Source: an uncultured Bifidobacterium sp. (lineage in GTDB: Bacteria > Acidobacteriota > Vicinamibacteria > Vicinamibacterales > CAVVIG01). From it: 64,000 nucleotides of DNA. Position numbers and translations under genes: made by a program. This document shows positions 35,862 to 43,510 of the stretch, in pieces. How positions within the stretch are numbered: position 1 is the stretch's first letter; the number at the start of each line of letters is the position of its first letter. The stretch lies in the NCBI GenBank assembly GCA_964577955.1, contig CAZOAZ010000023.1:8005-72004 (forward strand), written 5' to 3'. The notes below the pieces were generated by a model. The model did not search any database. It was not told the origin of the DNA and worked only from the letters and a program-made list of their open reading frames with translations.

Positions 35862-36889
35862 GACGCCCGCACGACCTCTCGCGCCACCCGCGCCGCACCG
35901 TGACCGTCGACGAGCGTCCGGCCAGCCAGACTCTGCTTACGCCGCAGCCCTGAATCGGCCAGCAGCGCCGACACTGCGTTCTGTAACCGCTGGGCAAGGC
36001 CGGAGTCGTCAATCGATCCGGCGGATAGCGCCGTGCCGGCGCTGACGAAGCCGTGCAGCGTCGGCCGCTGGTTGTCGAACAGTTCCATCGCCACGGCGGG
36101 CGTGCCGGTCGCGGCCGCCTCGTACAACGTCTGCCCCGCGGCGCAGACGACGAGTTCGGCGTCGACCAGCAGCGGATGGAGCGATGGAGGACCGTCGACG
36201 ATCCGCACGACATGTCGAGATTCGAGTGGGACGGACCAGCCATCCGAAAACGGGCCGACGACGACGGTCATCGTGAAGGCGGCGGGCAGGGCGTCGAGCC
36301 ACTCGACGATTCTCGGCAGCAGACGATGCGGATCGCTGCCGCCGACGGCGACGAGAACCTGTGGCGACGCGGCCGCGGCCTGCCGTTCAGGCGGTTCGAC
36401 TTCGTACTCGGGCTGCAGCACCGCATACGCGGGTCCCAGGAGAAACTGTGTGGCCTCCGTCGTCGAACGGTACGGCACACGGTCGGCGCCGATCGCCCCG
36501 TTGATCAGCACGTCGGCCGGTGTCGGCGACGACGCCTGATCGTCGAACACGGTCAGCCTGCCCGCAGCATCCCGAACCGTCGCCAGGTCCGCAGCGCTCA
36601 GGCGATACGAATCGACGACAGCCATCCGAGCGCGTTCGTGGCGGATCACATTCACGGTCTGATCGACATCCTCGTGAGCGCCGAGCCGATCGAGTCCGGC
36701 CTCGAGCGCCACGAACCGGCAGCCGGCCGCGGCGGTGCGCTGACGCACGGTCTCGAAATCCGGAGCAAGGACCACGCTATCCATGTCACATCTGCCAAGG
36801 GCGCGCGCCAGCGCCAGCGAACGCTGCAGATGTCCCAGTCCAATACCCGGACCGGCGTCCACCCGCAGTACCGCCGTGAATCGTGTCAC
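35858..36889 (-). CDS. pseG: UDP-2,4-diacetamido-2,4,6-trideoxy-beta-L-altropyranose hydrolase (PseG)
   Basis: 343 aa. The N-terminal LRVDAGPGIGLGHLQRSLALARAL is the typical PseG opening (RADAS..IGxGHxMRCL). GT-B-like C-terminal half. Lies in pse gene context. Confidence 0.8.
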   Translation of the reverse strand: MTRFTAVLRVDAGPGIGLGHLQRSLALARALGRCDMDSVVLAPDFETVRQRTAAAGCRFVALEAGLDRLGAHEDVDQTVNVIRHERARMAVVDSYRLSAADLATVRDAAGRLTVFDDQASSPTPADVLINGAIGADRVPYRSTTEATQFLLGPAYAVLQPEYEVEPPERQAAAASPQVLVAVGGSDPHRLLPRIVEWLDALPAAFTMTVVVGPFSDGWSVPLESRHVVRIVDGPPSLHPLLVDAELVVCAAGQTLYEAAATGTPAVAMELFDNQRPTLHGFVSAGTALSAGSIDDSGLAQRLQNAVSALLADSGLRRKQSLAGRTLVDGHGAARVAREVVRAS

Positions 36890-37560
36890 CGCAGCGAGCG
36901 CACCAGTTCAAAGGCTTCGGCATACTGCACGCCCGCCGCCGCACCACGAGAACGAGCCAGCGCCCGCAGCGACTCCGGCGAACGCGGATGCGGTGCCGGC
37001 CGAGACTCGGAGCGGTAACGTTGCATCGCCTCGACTTTTTGCTCGATCGTCGCCGTGACGTCGACGAACACCGACGGCCGGAACACCGGGTCGACCCGCT
37101 GGAACGCCCACTCGGTCGACGAGGGCACTTCGAAGAGGTAAAGGTCCTTGACGCGGTGTGCGGCCGCACCAGGGCGCGTGGCCGTCAGCACCGCGCGAAA
37201 CGTCAGGCCGTGATCGATGTTCAGGTCGCCCGGATGGTGGGTATAGATGGCGTCCGGCCGGTACTCCTCGACCCATCCTTCGACGCGCTTCACGATGTCG
37301 AGGAGCGAGACCTCGTCGAAGCGATTGTCGGGTAGACCGCCGAAGGCGACCCCGCGGGCGCCGAGCACGGCCGCCGCGGCCCTGGCATCGGCGCGGAGTT
37401 CGTCGAGCGCGCTCTCGGCAACGCCGCTGCGTTCGGCGTGCCTCGAGCTCAACCCCTCGCCGAGGATCGCGATCTGGACCGAATGGTGCCCCGACTCGCG
37501 CGCCACCAACCCGCCGCAGCCAAGCACTTCGTCGTCTGGATGCGCCGCCACGATGAGCAT
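36886..37560 (-). CDS. PIG-L / LmbE-family N-deacetylase
   Basis: MLIVAAHPDDEVLGCGG (AHPDDE motif) and HHPGDLNIDH (zinc-ligand His cluster). The ATG at 37560 lies 2 nt below the upstream stop. Confidence 0.85.
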   Translation of the reverse strand: MLIVAAHPDDEVLGCGGLVARESGHHSVQIAILGEGLSSRHAERSGVAESALDELRADARAAAAVLGARGVAFGGLPDNRFDEVSLLDIVKRVEGWVEEYRPDAIYTHHPGDLNIDHGLTFRAVLTATRPGAAAHRVKDLYLFEVPSSTEWAFQRVDPVFRPSVFVDVTATIEQKVEAMQRYRSESRPAPHPRSPESLRALARSRGAAAGVQYAEAFELVRSLR

Positions 37561-37562
37561 GT

Positions 37563-38753
37563 TCACGATGGTGACCCGTCCTTCGCGGGCGTGAGGCGCA
37601 CCTGTGCACGCAGGACACCGCCGTCCAGCGATGCGCCGGTGAACTCGCAACGTGCGCCGCCGATGTCGGTATAGGCGTGCGGATAGCCCTCGGCATCGAG
37701 CATCCGGATGAAGTCGTAGAGTTCGTCGATGCTCGCGCTGTCCGGTAGCCGGCTCTCAGCCGGGGTGCGGCGGCGGAATTCCACAACGTCGCCGGACTGC
37801 GGCTCCGGCACTGGCTGTTCGTCGAGAATGCGGCCGACCATCCTCGCCGCCAGTTCGGACGCACGAACGTAGATGTCTTGCGCGCTGCCGTCGAGCGCGA
37901 GCGGCGCCTTGAGATAGATCGGCCCGGCGTCCAGCTCCTCGCTCAAGCGGAACGCGCTCAGCACGGTCGTCCGGTGGCCGCGCAGGATCAGGTTCTGCAG
38001 CGGCGATCCGCCGCGGCCGTACGGCAGATCGGTCATGTGGAAGCCGACGCATTCGAAGCCGTTGACGATCTCGGCCGGCACCTTCCACGACCAGTGGACG
38101 AAGAAGATGTAGCGCGGTCCATGCGATCGGACGAGCGTCGCGAGGCTGTCGGGATTGTCGACAAGGATCCAGCGTCCCGGACGGTCGGCGAGGCATCGAT
38201 CGAAGACCTCGCGATTCCACGCCCCGCGAGCGGCGACCAGATAGCACTCACTCACATCCGGCCTCAGCCTGGTGCCGCTGCCGCTCTGGCGTTCGCGGCG
38301 TTCGAGACGGATCGCGGGATGGCCGGCAACCGTTTCCTCCCCCGTCGCGACGAATCCCGCCTGCTCGAACGTCCGCAGCGAAGCGCGATTCTCCGGCTTC
38401 ACGCGGGCGACGATGGCGACACGGGGATGGCGGCGCTGTAGCTGCACGCTGGCTTCGCGCAGCATCGTAACGCCGAGTCCGCGCTGCCGGCACGCCGGCG
38501 CCACGCTGATATCGACTTCTGCCTCACCGCCGCTTCGATCGAAGCGGATCTGGCCGACCGCGACGCCGTTCTCTTCAGCGACAAACATCTCGCAGTCGCT
38601 CGCCTGAAGTCGGCCGGCAAACCACCGTTGATGATCGGCCCAGGTGATTGGCTCGGACTGGAACGCCGAGGCGCGAGTCACCGAATCGTTAACCCACTCC
38701 CAGAGCAGCCGCGCATCGGCCGCGGTCGCGCGCCGCAGCGTGAGTGCGCTCAC
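37563..38753 (-). CDS. pseH: Fusion: PseH-like GNAT N-acetyltransferase + formyltransferase-like domain
   Basis: The N-terminal ~150 aa are GNAT (LRRATAADARLLWEWVNDSVTR..VGQIRFD..RQRGLGVTML). The C-terminal ~230 aa are Formyl_trans_N-like (FVHWSWKVPAEIV..GFHMTDLPYGRGGSPLQNLI..EELDAGPIY). GTG start with GTGA overlap with pseI. Confidence 0.7.
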   Translation of the reverse strand: MSALTLRRATAADARLLWEWVNDSVTRASAFQSEPITWADHQRWFAGRLQASDCEMFVAEENGVAVGQIRFDRSGGEAEVDISVAPACRQRGLGVTMLREASVQLQRRHPRVAIVARVKPENRASLRTFEQAGFVATGEETVAGHPAIRLERRERQSGSGTRLRPDVSECYLVAARGAWNREVFDRCLADRPGRWILVDNPDSLATLVRSHGPRYIFFVHWSWKVPAEIVNGFECVGFHMTDLPYGRGGSPLQNLILRGHRTTVLSAFRLSEELDAGPIYLKAPLALDGSAQDIYVRASELAARMVGRILDEQPVPEPQSGDVVEFRRRTPAESRLPDSASIDELYDFIRMLDAEGYPHAYTDIGGARCEFTGASLDGGVLRAQVRLTPAKDGSPS

Positions 38754-39796
38754 GAAATGTCGTCCTGCTGGACCGGCGCGTCGCTCGCAATCGCGCGTTT
38801 CGCGTAGCGGCCGAGCACGCCGGGGAAAGCGGACGGCGGCAGCCCCGGATGGTTCTTGCCCTGGCGGAGAACCGCGATGTTATCGCGGCTGAATACTTCC
38901 CCGGCGGCGATCGCCCGGGTGGCGAAGACGCTGCGGCGGGCGAAGGCACGGAGCTCGTCCTCCACCGGATCGACGACCTTCTCGCCGCTGCCGCGCACCA
39001 GTTCGGCCTGGCGGATTCGCGTCACCATCTCGCGCAATTCATGCGGTTCGAGCGCAAAGCGATGGTCGGGGCCGGCGAGCGCGTTGCTCAGCGTGAAGTG
39101 TTTCTCGATGATCGACGCGCCGCACGCGACTGCGGCCACCGGCGCGACGATCGGATCGCGGGAGTGATCGGAGAGCCCGACCGGCACCTGGAATCGATCC
39201 GCCAGCGTCACCAGGGCGCGCACGTTGATCGACGCGATCGGCGCCGGATAGGCCGCTGTGCACTGCAGCAGCGCCAGTTCGCGGTTGCCCGCCTCGCGGC
39301 AGGTGGCGACCGCTTCTTCCACTTCGGCGAGGTTCGAGGTGCCCGTCGACAGAATCATCGACGTGCCCTTCGCCGCGACATGGCGCAGCAACGGTGCATG
39401 GGTCATCTCGTAGGAGGCAATCTTGAAGGTCTCGACGTACGGATCCAGCCGATCGGCCGACTCCTCATCGAATGGCGTCGCGAGAAAGTGAACCGACCGC
39501 GCGCGGCAGTGGTCGGAAAGGACCGGCAGCCACTCGTACGGCATCTCCATCGCGGCGATGATGTCGACGATTGGCGTCGGTACCTTGAGGTAGTCGCTGA
39601 CGCCGGCACTCCTCGGATACATCCGCGCCGCCCGGAAGACCTGGAATTTCACGGCATCGGCGCCGGCGTCAGCCGCGACATCGATGAGCTGCCGGGCCAT
39701 CTGCAGATCGCGATTGTGGTTGCTGCCGGCTTCGGCGATGACATACACCGGATGCGCCGGGCCGACGTGGCGGTCGCCGATCCGGATCCCTGGCAT
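38750..39796 (-). CDS. pseI: Pseudaminic acid synthase (NeuB family with SAF domain)
   Basis: The start is taken at MPGIRIGDRHVGPAHPVYVIAEAGSNHN (ATG 39796, TGATG overlap with pseF). Motifs GLSDHS and EKHFTL..GPDH, plus a C-terminal SAF-like RSVFATRAIAAGEVF. Confidence 0.85.
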   Translation of the reverse strand: MPGIRIGDRHVGPAHPVYVIAEAGSNHNRDLQMARQLIDVAADAGADAVKFQVFRAARMYPRSAGVSDYLKVPTPIVDIIAAMEMPYEWLPVLSDHCRARSVHFLATPFDEESADRLDPYVETFKIASYEMTHAPLLRHVAAKGTSMILSTGTSNLAEVEEAVATCREAGNRELALLQCTAAYPAPIASINVRALVTLADRFQVPVGLSDHSRDPIVAPVAAVACGASIIEKHFTLSNALAGPDHRFALEPHELREMVTRIRQAELVRGSGEKVVDPVEDELRAFARRSVFATRAIAAGEVFSRDNIAVLRQGKNHPGLPPSAFPGVLGRYAKRAIASDAPVQQDDIS

Positions 39797-40524
39797 CACG
39801 CTTCGGCCGCCTGCATCGCGCGCAAGTAGTGCTCGGCCTGGCGGGCCTGGTCCGGGTAGTCGACCTCCAGCGAATACTTGTCGTCGTCCTGAACGAGGAG
39901 ATGCAGCCGCTCGCCGAACCACGCGTGCAGGGCGCGGTTGCCATCGGTGGCTTCGAGTGTCGACACGCGGACGCCGTAGACCGCGCCGTCCATCGCGAAG
40001 ATCTTCGGGTAGTCCTGAGTCCTGAAACCACGATCCGAGTTCATGAACGGCTCACAGGCGCCGGTCGCAGGATCGGTGATGACCTTCGCCCACTCGGGCC
40101 GGAAGCGCAGTTGCTGCGCCGTGCACACCGCGGTCGCCTCCGGAGTCCGTTCGAGTCGCGCGATGACTTCGTCGATCTGGCCGGTTTTCCGGATCGGAAC
40201 GTTGCCTTGCATCGTGATGGCGAGATCGGCGTGAAAACCGTCTCGGCTGGCAAGCAACCGCACGACCTGACGGATCGCATCGTCGAGCGCCGCGGTATCG
40301 GACGCGAGTTCGGCGGGACGCGGCACGAACTCGACGCCATACGCGCGGGCCAGTTCCTCGAGCGCGGGATCGTCCGACGACACCACCAGCCGATCGAGGC
40401 GCTTCGCGTCGAGCGCGGCTTCGAGCGTATACGCAAACATCGGCTTGCCGCAGAGCCGCGCGAGATGTTTGTCCGGAAACCTCAGGCTGCCTTTACGCCC
40501 GGGAATGATGCCGACGGTTTTCAT
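39796..40524 (-). CDS. pseF: Pseudaminic acid cytidylyltransferase (CMP-sugar synthetase family)
   Basis: 242 aa. The opening MKTVGIIPGRKGSLRFPDKHLARLCGKPM is typical of CTP_transf_3 family enzymes. Adjacent to pseI. Confidence 0.8.
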   Translation of the reverse strand: MKTVGIIPGRKGSLRFPDKHLARLCGKPMFAYTLEAALDAKRLDRLVVSSDDPALEELARAYGVEFVPRPAELASDTAALDDAIRQVVRLLASRDGFHADLAITMQGNVPIRKTGQIDEVIARLERTPEATAVCTAQQLRFRPEWAKVITDPATGACEPFMNSDRGFRTQDYPKIFAMDGAVYGVRVSTLEATDGNRALHAWFGERLHLLVQDDDKYSLEVDYPDQARQAEHYLRAMQAAEA

Positions 40525-40554
40525 CTACTCGGTTCTCATCGACATGGTGCTCAT
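40525..40554 (-). other. 9-codon mini-ORF (MSTMSMRTE*) exactly filling the gap between the radical SAM stop and the pseF start
   Basis: The minus-strand sequence reads TAG|ATGAGCACCATGTCGATGAGAACCGAGTAG|ATGAAA. The upstream stop, the mini-ORF and the pseF ATG are contiguous and in one frame. Confidence 0.35.
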
Positions 40555-42306
40555 CTAGACGTCCGCACGCGTGGCGCCGCGCACCCGCTCCGGGCGTTCC
40601 TGGACCTCGCCGGTGTGAGGATGGCGAACGGTGTTCTGCGCCCCGAGTGAATTGATGGCCTGCCAGGACAGTTCAACGACCTCCTCGTCAGGCAAGTCGC
40701 TGAAATTGGTGCGAACGTTTTCGCCCTGTTCGCCCAGTTTCAAGAAGTACTGTTCGATGATGTCTTCGTCCGCCGGCCCCTTCACCCCGGTCACCGCCTT
40801 GGCGATCAGACCGCGATCGAGTGCGAGCTGCCAGAATGCCGTGGCCGGATACGCCGTCGTGAAGAAGAAGACCTCCGGCTTGAGGTTGACGCGGTTGCAG
40901 AACTCCACCGTTTCACGAACGGTGTCGGCGGTTTCGCCCGGAGAACCAATCATGAACGAGCAGTCGGCGTAGCCCAGGACGCGCTGCGTCTCGCTGATCG
41001 CCAGCTCCATCTTTTCGATGGTCTGGCCGCTCTTGTCGATCTCCTTGAGCACGGTCGGACTGCCCGACTCAATCCCGTAGCCGGCTTGTCGCATGCCGAC
41101 GTCGTACGCCTGTTCGAGCATGTGCGGCCGGCCTTCCTTCCGCGCTCTGATCACATCGTCGGCAATGATGTTGGTGCGGCAGGTGCCGCCCCAGAGCACT
41201 TCGAAGCCACTCCGCGCCCGCCGCTCGCGAAGTTCAGCACAAAGCTGCAGCGCCCACCGGTAGTCGGTCATCAACAGATCGTCGAGGAAGTGCACGTAGG
41301 CCGCGCCGTAGTGCTCGACCAGAAACTGCATCTCGTCGACCACTTCCTTCGGACTGCGGAGCCGGTACTGCGCGCCGAGATACGCGGCGTAGCAGTAGTC
41401 GCACGCCTTGCCGGCATAGGGGCACCCGCGTGACGCGATCATCGACATACTGAACTGGCCGGGCTCGGTCGACGCACCGTCCTTCCACTTGCTCTTCCAA
41501 TTGAGATGCCCGACCGGATTTCGCTTGTAGACCTCTTCCTCCGGCCAGCGGCCGCGCAGCGGCCAGGGCAGGTGATCGAGGCCGCGCCGTTGCGCCTGCA
41601 CCGACGGCCGGTGGCCGTTGTCGCGGATATCGAAATCGCCGGGCCGAAGTTCGTGCCGATAGGCGATTCCCTTGACCGACGCCAGCGACCCGCGTTCCTC
41701 CAGACAGTGAAGCACTTCGGAGAACGTGACCTCGCCCTCCTCCTGCACGGCAATGTCGATCGGCAGGCGCCGAAGCATGAATTCGGGGGCGGATGACGCG
41801 ATGCCACCGCCGAGAATGATCGGCACATCGGGACAGAGCTTTCGGCAGAGTTCCGTGATGGCGCGGATGCGGCCATACTGCGTGATGATCCCGCCGATAC
41901 CGATCACATCGGGTTTTTGCTCGGAGAGTTTTTCGGTGATGCGCCGCTCGATCCAGGCGTTGAAGTCCGACGCCGGCTGCTTCACCGGGCCGCCGCGTTC
42001 GGCATTCAGATCGAGCACGTCGACCTGGTGTCCGTCCATGGCCGCTACGGCGCCGACGTAGCCCTGACCGATCGGCATGATGTTCGGAAAGGACCACTCG
42101 CGAATCGGCGCATTGATGAACAGCACACGCAGGCCGCGCGCCCTCGGCGTGAAGGCCCGCACGGATTCCTCAGTCGTAATGCGCGGCCACGAGTCGCTCA
42201 GCACCGAGCCGCCTGTATCGAAGCGCTGATGAAAGCGCGCCGGCGGCGGGCCGGAAACCGGCTGGCCGGCTCCGGCGAGAGGAAGAATCGTCTTGCCGCC
42301 ACTCAT
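40555..42306 (-). CDS. B12-binding domain radical SAM enzyme, copy 3, with non-canonical Cys spacing
   Basis: 583 aa. The B12-like region is RVLFINAPIREWSFPNIMPIGQGYV..PDVIGIGGI..PIILGGGIA. The cluster region RGCPYAGKACDYC (codons at 41424-41392) has CX6CX2C spacing instead of CX3CX2C. Confidence 0.8.
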   Translation of the reverse strand: MSGGKTILPLAGAGQPVSGPPPARFHQRFDTGGSVLSDSWPRITTEESVRAFTPRARGLRVLFINAPIREWSFPNIMPIGQGYVGAVAAMDGHQVDVLDLNAERGGPVKQPASDFNAWIERRITEKLSEQKPDVIGIGGIITQYGRIRAITELCRKLCPDVPIILGGGIASSAPEFMLRRLPIDIAVQEEGEVTFSEVLHCLEERGSLASVKGIAYRHELRPGDFDIRDNGHRPSVQAQRRGLDHLPWPLRGRWPEEEVYKRNPVGHLNWKSKWKDGASTEPGQFSMSMIASRGCPYAGKACDYCYAAYLGAQYRLRSPKEVVDEMQFLVEHYGAAYVHFLDDLLMTDYRWALQLCAELRERRARSGFEVLWGGTCRTNIIADDVIRARKEGRPHMLEQAYDVGMRQAGYGIESGSPTVLKEIDKSGQTIEKMELAISETQRVLGYADCSFMIGSPGETADTVRETVEFCNRVNLKPEVFFFTTAYPATAFWQLALDRGLIAKAVTGVKGPADEDIIEQYFLKLGEQGENVRTNFSDLPDEEVVELSWQAINSLGAQNTVRHPHTGEVQERPERVRGATRADV

Positions 42307-42313
42307 AGATGAC

Positions 42314-43510
42314 TCACTCGGAAAGTTGACTCACGACTTTGGTGACGGCGGCCACGACGTCGGCGACATCGTGATCGGTCATCCCATGAAACATCGGCAG
42401 GCTGACGAGCCGGCGAAAGGCGTCCTCGGCGATCGGAAAGTCGCCATCGCCCGTGCCCAGCGTCTGCCGGTAGTACGGATGCAGATGCACGGGAATGTAG
42501 TGAACGTTCGCACCGATACCCTCGGCCCGCAGCGCGCGAAAGAGCTGGGCGCGGTCGAACGCGGCGCGCGAGCGGACGCGAATTGGAAAGAGATGCCACG
42601 ATGGCTCGACGCCGTCACGAATCACCGGCAATTCGAGGTCGGACAGTCCGGCGAAGGACGCCACGTAGGTCCGCGCGATGCTGCGGCGCCGCTCGACATT
42701 CGCCGCCAGACGATCGAGCTGCGACAGGCCCAGCGCGCAGGCGATGTCGGAGATACGGTAGTTGAAGCCGAGCGCCGTCATTTCGTAGTGCCACTGGCCG
42801 CGCGCCTGGCGTTCGCGCGCGTCCGACTCGATGCCGTGGTTGCGGAAGAGACGCAGCCGCCGGGCCAGCCCGGCATCGTTGGTCGTGACCATTCCGCCTT
42901 CGCCGGTCGTCAGATGCTTGACCGGATGAAAGCTGAAGACGGTCATCTGGCTGATTGAACCGACTCGCCGCCCGTGATACTGCGCGCCGAGCGCGTGCGC
43001 CGCATCTTCAATCAACGTCAGCCGGTGATCGCGCGCGAGCGCCAGCAGTTGATCCAGATCGGCGGGATGCCCGGCGTAGTCGACCGCCAGGATCGCCTTC
43101 GTCCGGCGAGTGATCCGTTGGGCCGCCGCCGACGGATCAAGATTGAGCGTGTCGGCCTGCACGTCGGCAAAGACCGGCGTGGCGCCCTGGTACAACACGG
43201 CGTTCGAGGTCGCGCAGAACGTCATCGGCGTCGTGACCGCTTCGTCGCCGGGGCCGAGCCCCGCGGCGAAGGCCGCCGCATGCAGCGCCGCCGTCCCCGA
43301 ACTGAACGCCACCGCATCCGCCGCTCCAGTGGCCGACGCAATCCCGCGTTCGAACTCGGCGACCTTCGGCCCGGTCGTGATCCAATCCGAGCGCAGCACC
43401 GCCACAACCGCGGCGATGTCGGCTTCGGTGATCGTCTGGTGGCCGTACGGCAGCAACTCGCGCCGGACCGGCGTACCGCCGTCGACGGCGAGCCGGGCGT
43501 TGGTCGTCAT
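42314..43510 (-). CDS. pseC: UDP-4-amino-4,6-dideoxy-N-acetyl-beta-L-altrosamine transaminase (DegT/DnrJ/EryC1 family)
   Basis: The start is taken at MTTNARLAVDGGTPVRR (ATG 43510, ATGA overlap with pseB). The PLP-lysine region is SFHPVKHLTTGEGGMV. Motif LPYGHQTITEADI. Confidence 0.82.
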   Translation of the reverse strand: MTTNARLAVDGGTPVRRELLPYGHQTITEADIAAVVAVLRSDWITTGPKVAEFERGIASATGAADAVAFSSGTAALHAAAFAAGLGPGDEAVTTPMTFCATSNAVLYQGATPVFADVQADTLNLDPSAAAQRITRRTKAILAVDYAGHPADLDQLLALARDHRLTLIEDAAHALGAQYHGRRVGSISQMTVFSFHPVKHLTTGEGGMVTTNDAGLARRLRLFRNHGIESDARERQARGQWHYEMTALGFNYRISDIACALGLSQLDRLAANVERRRSIARTYVASFAGLSDLELPVIRDGVEPSWHLFPIRVRSRAAFDRAQLFRALRAEGIGANVHYIPVHLHPYYRQTLGTGDGDFPIAEDAFRRLVSLPMFHGMTDHDVADVVAAVTKVVSQLSE

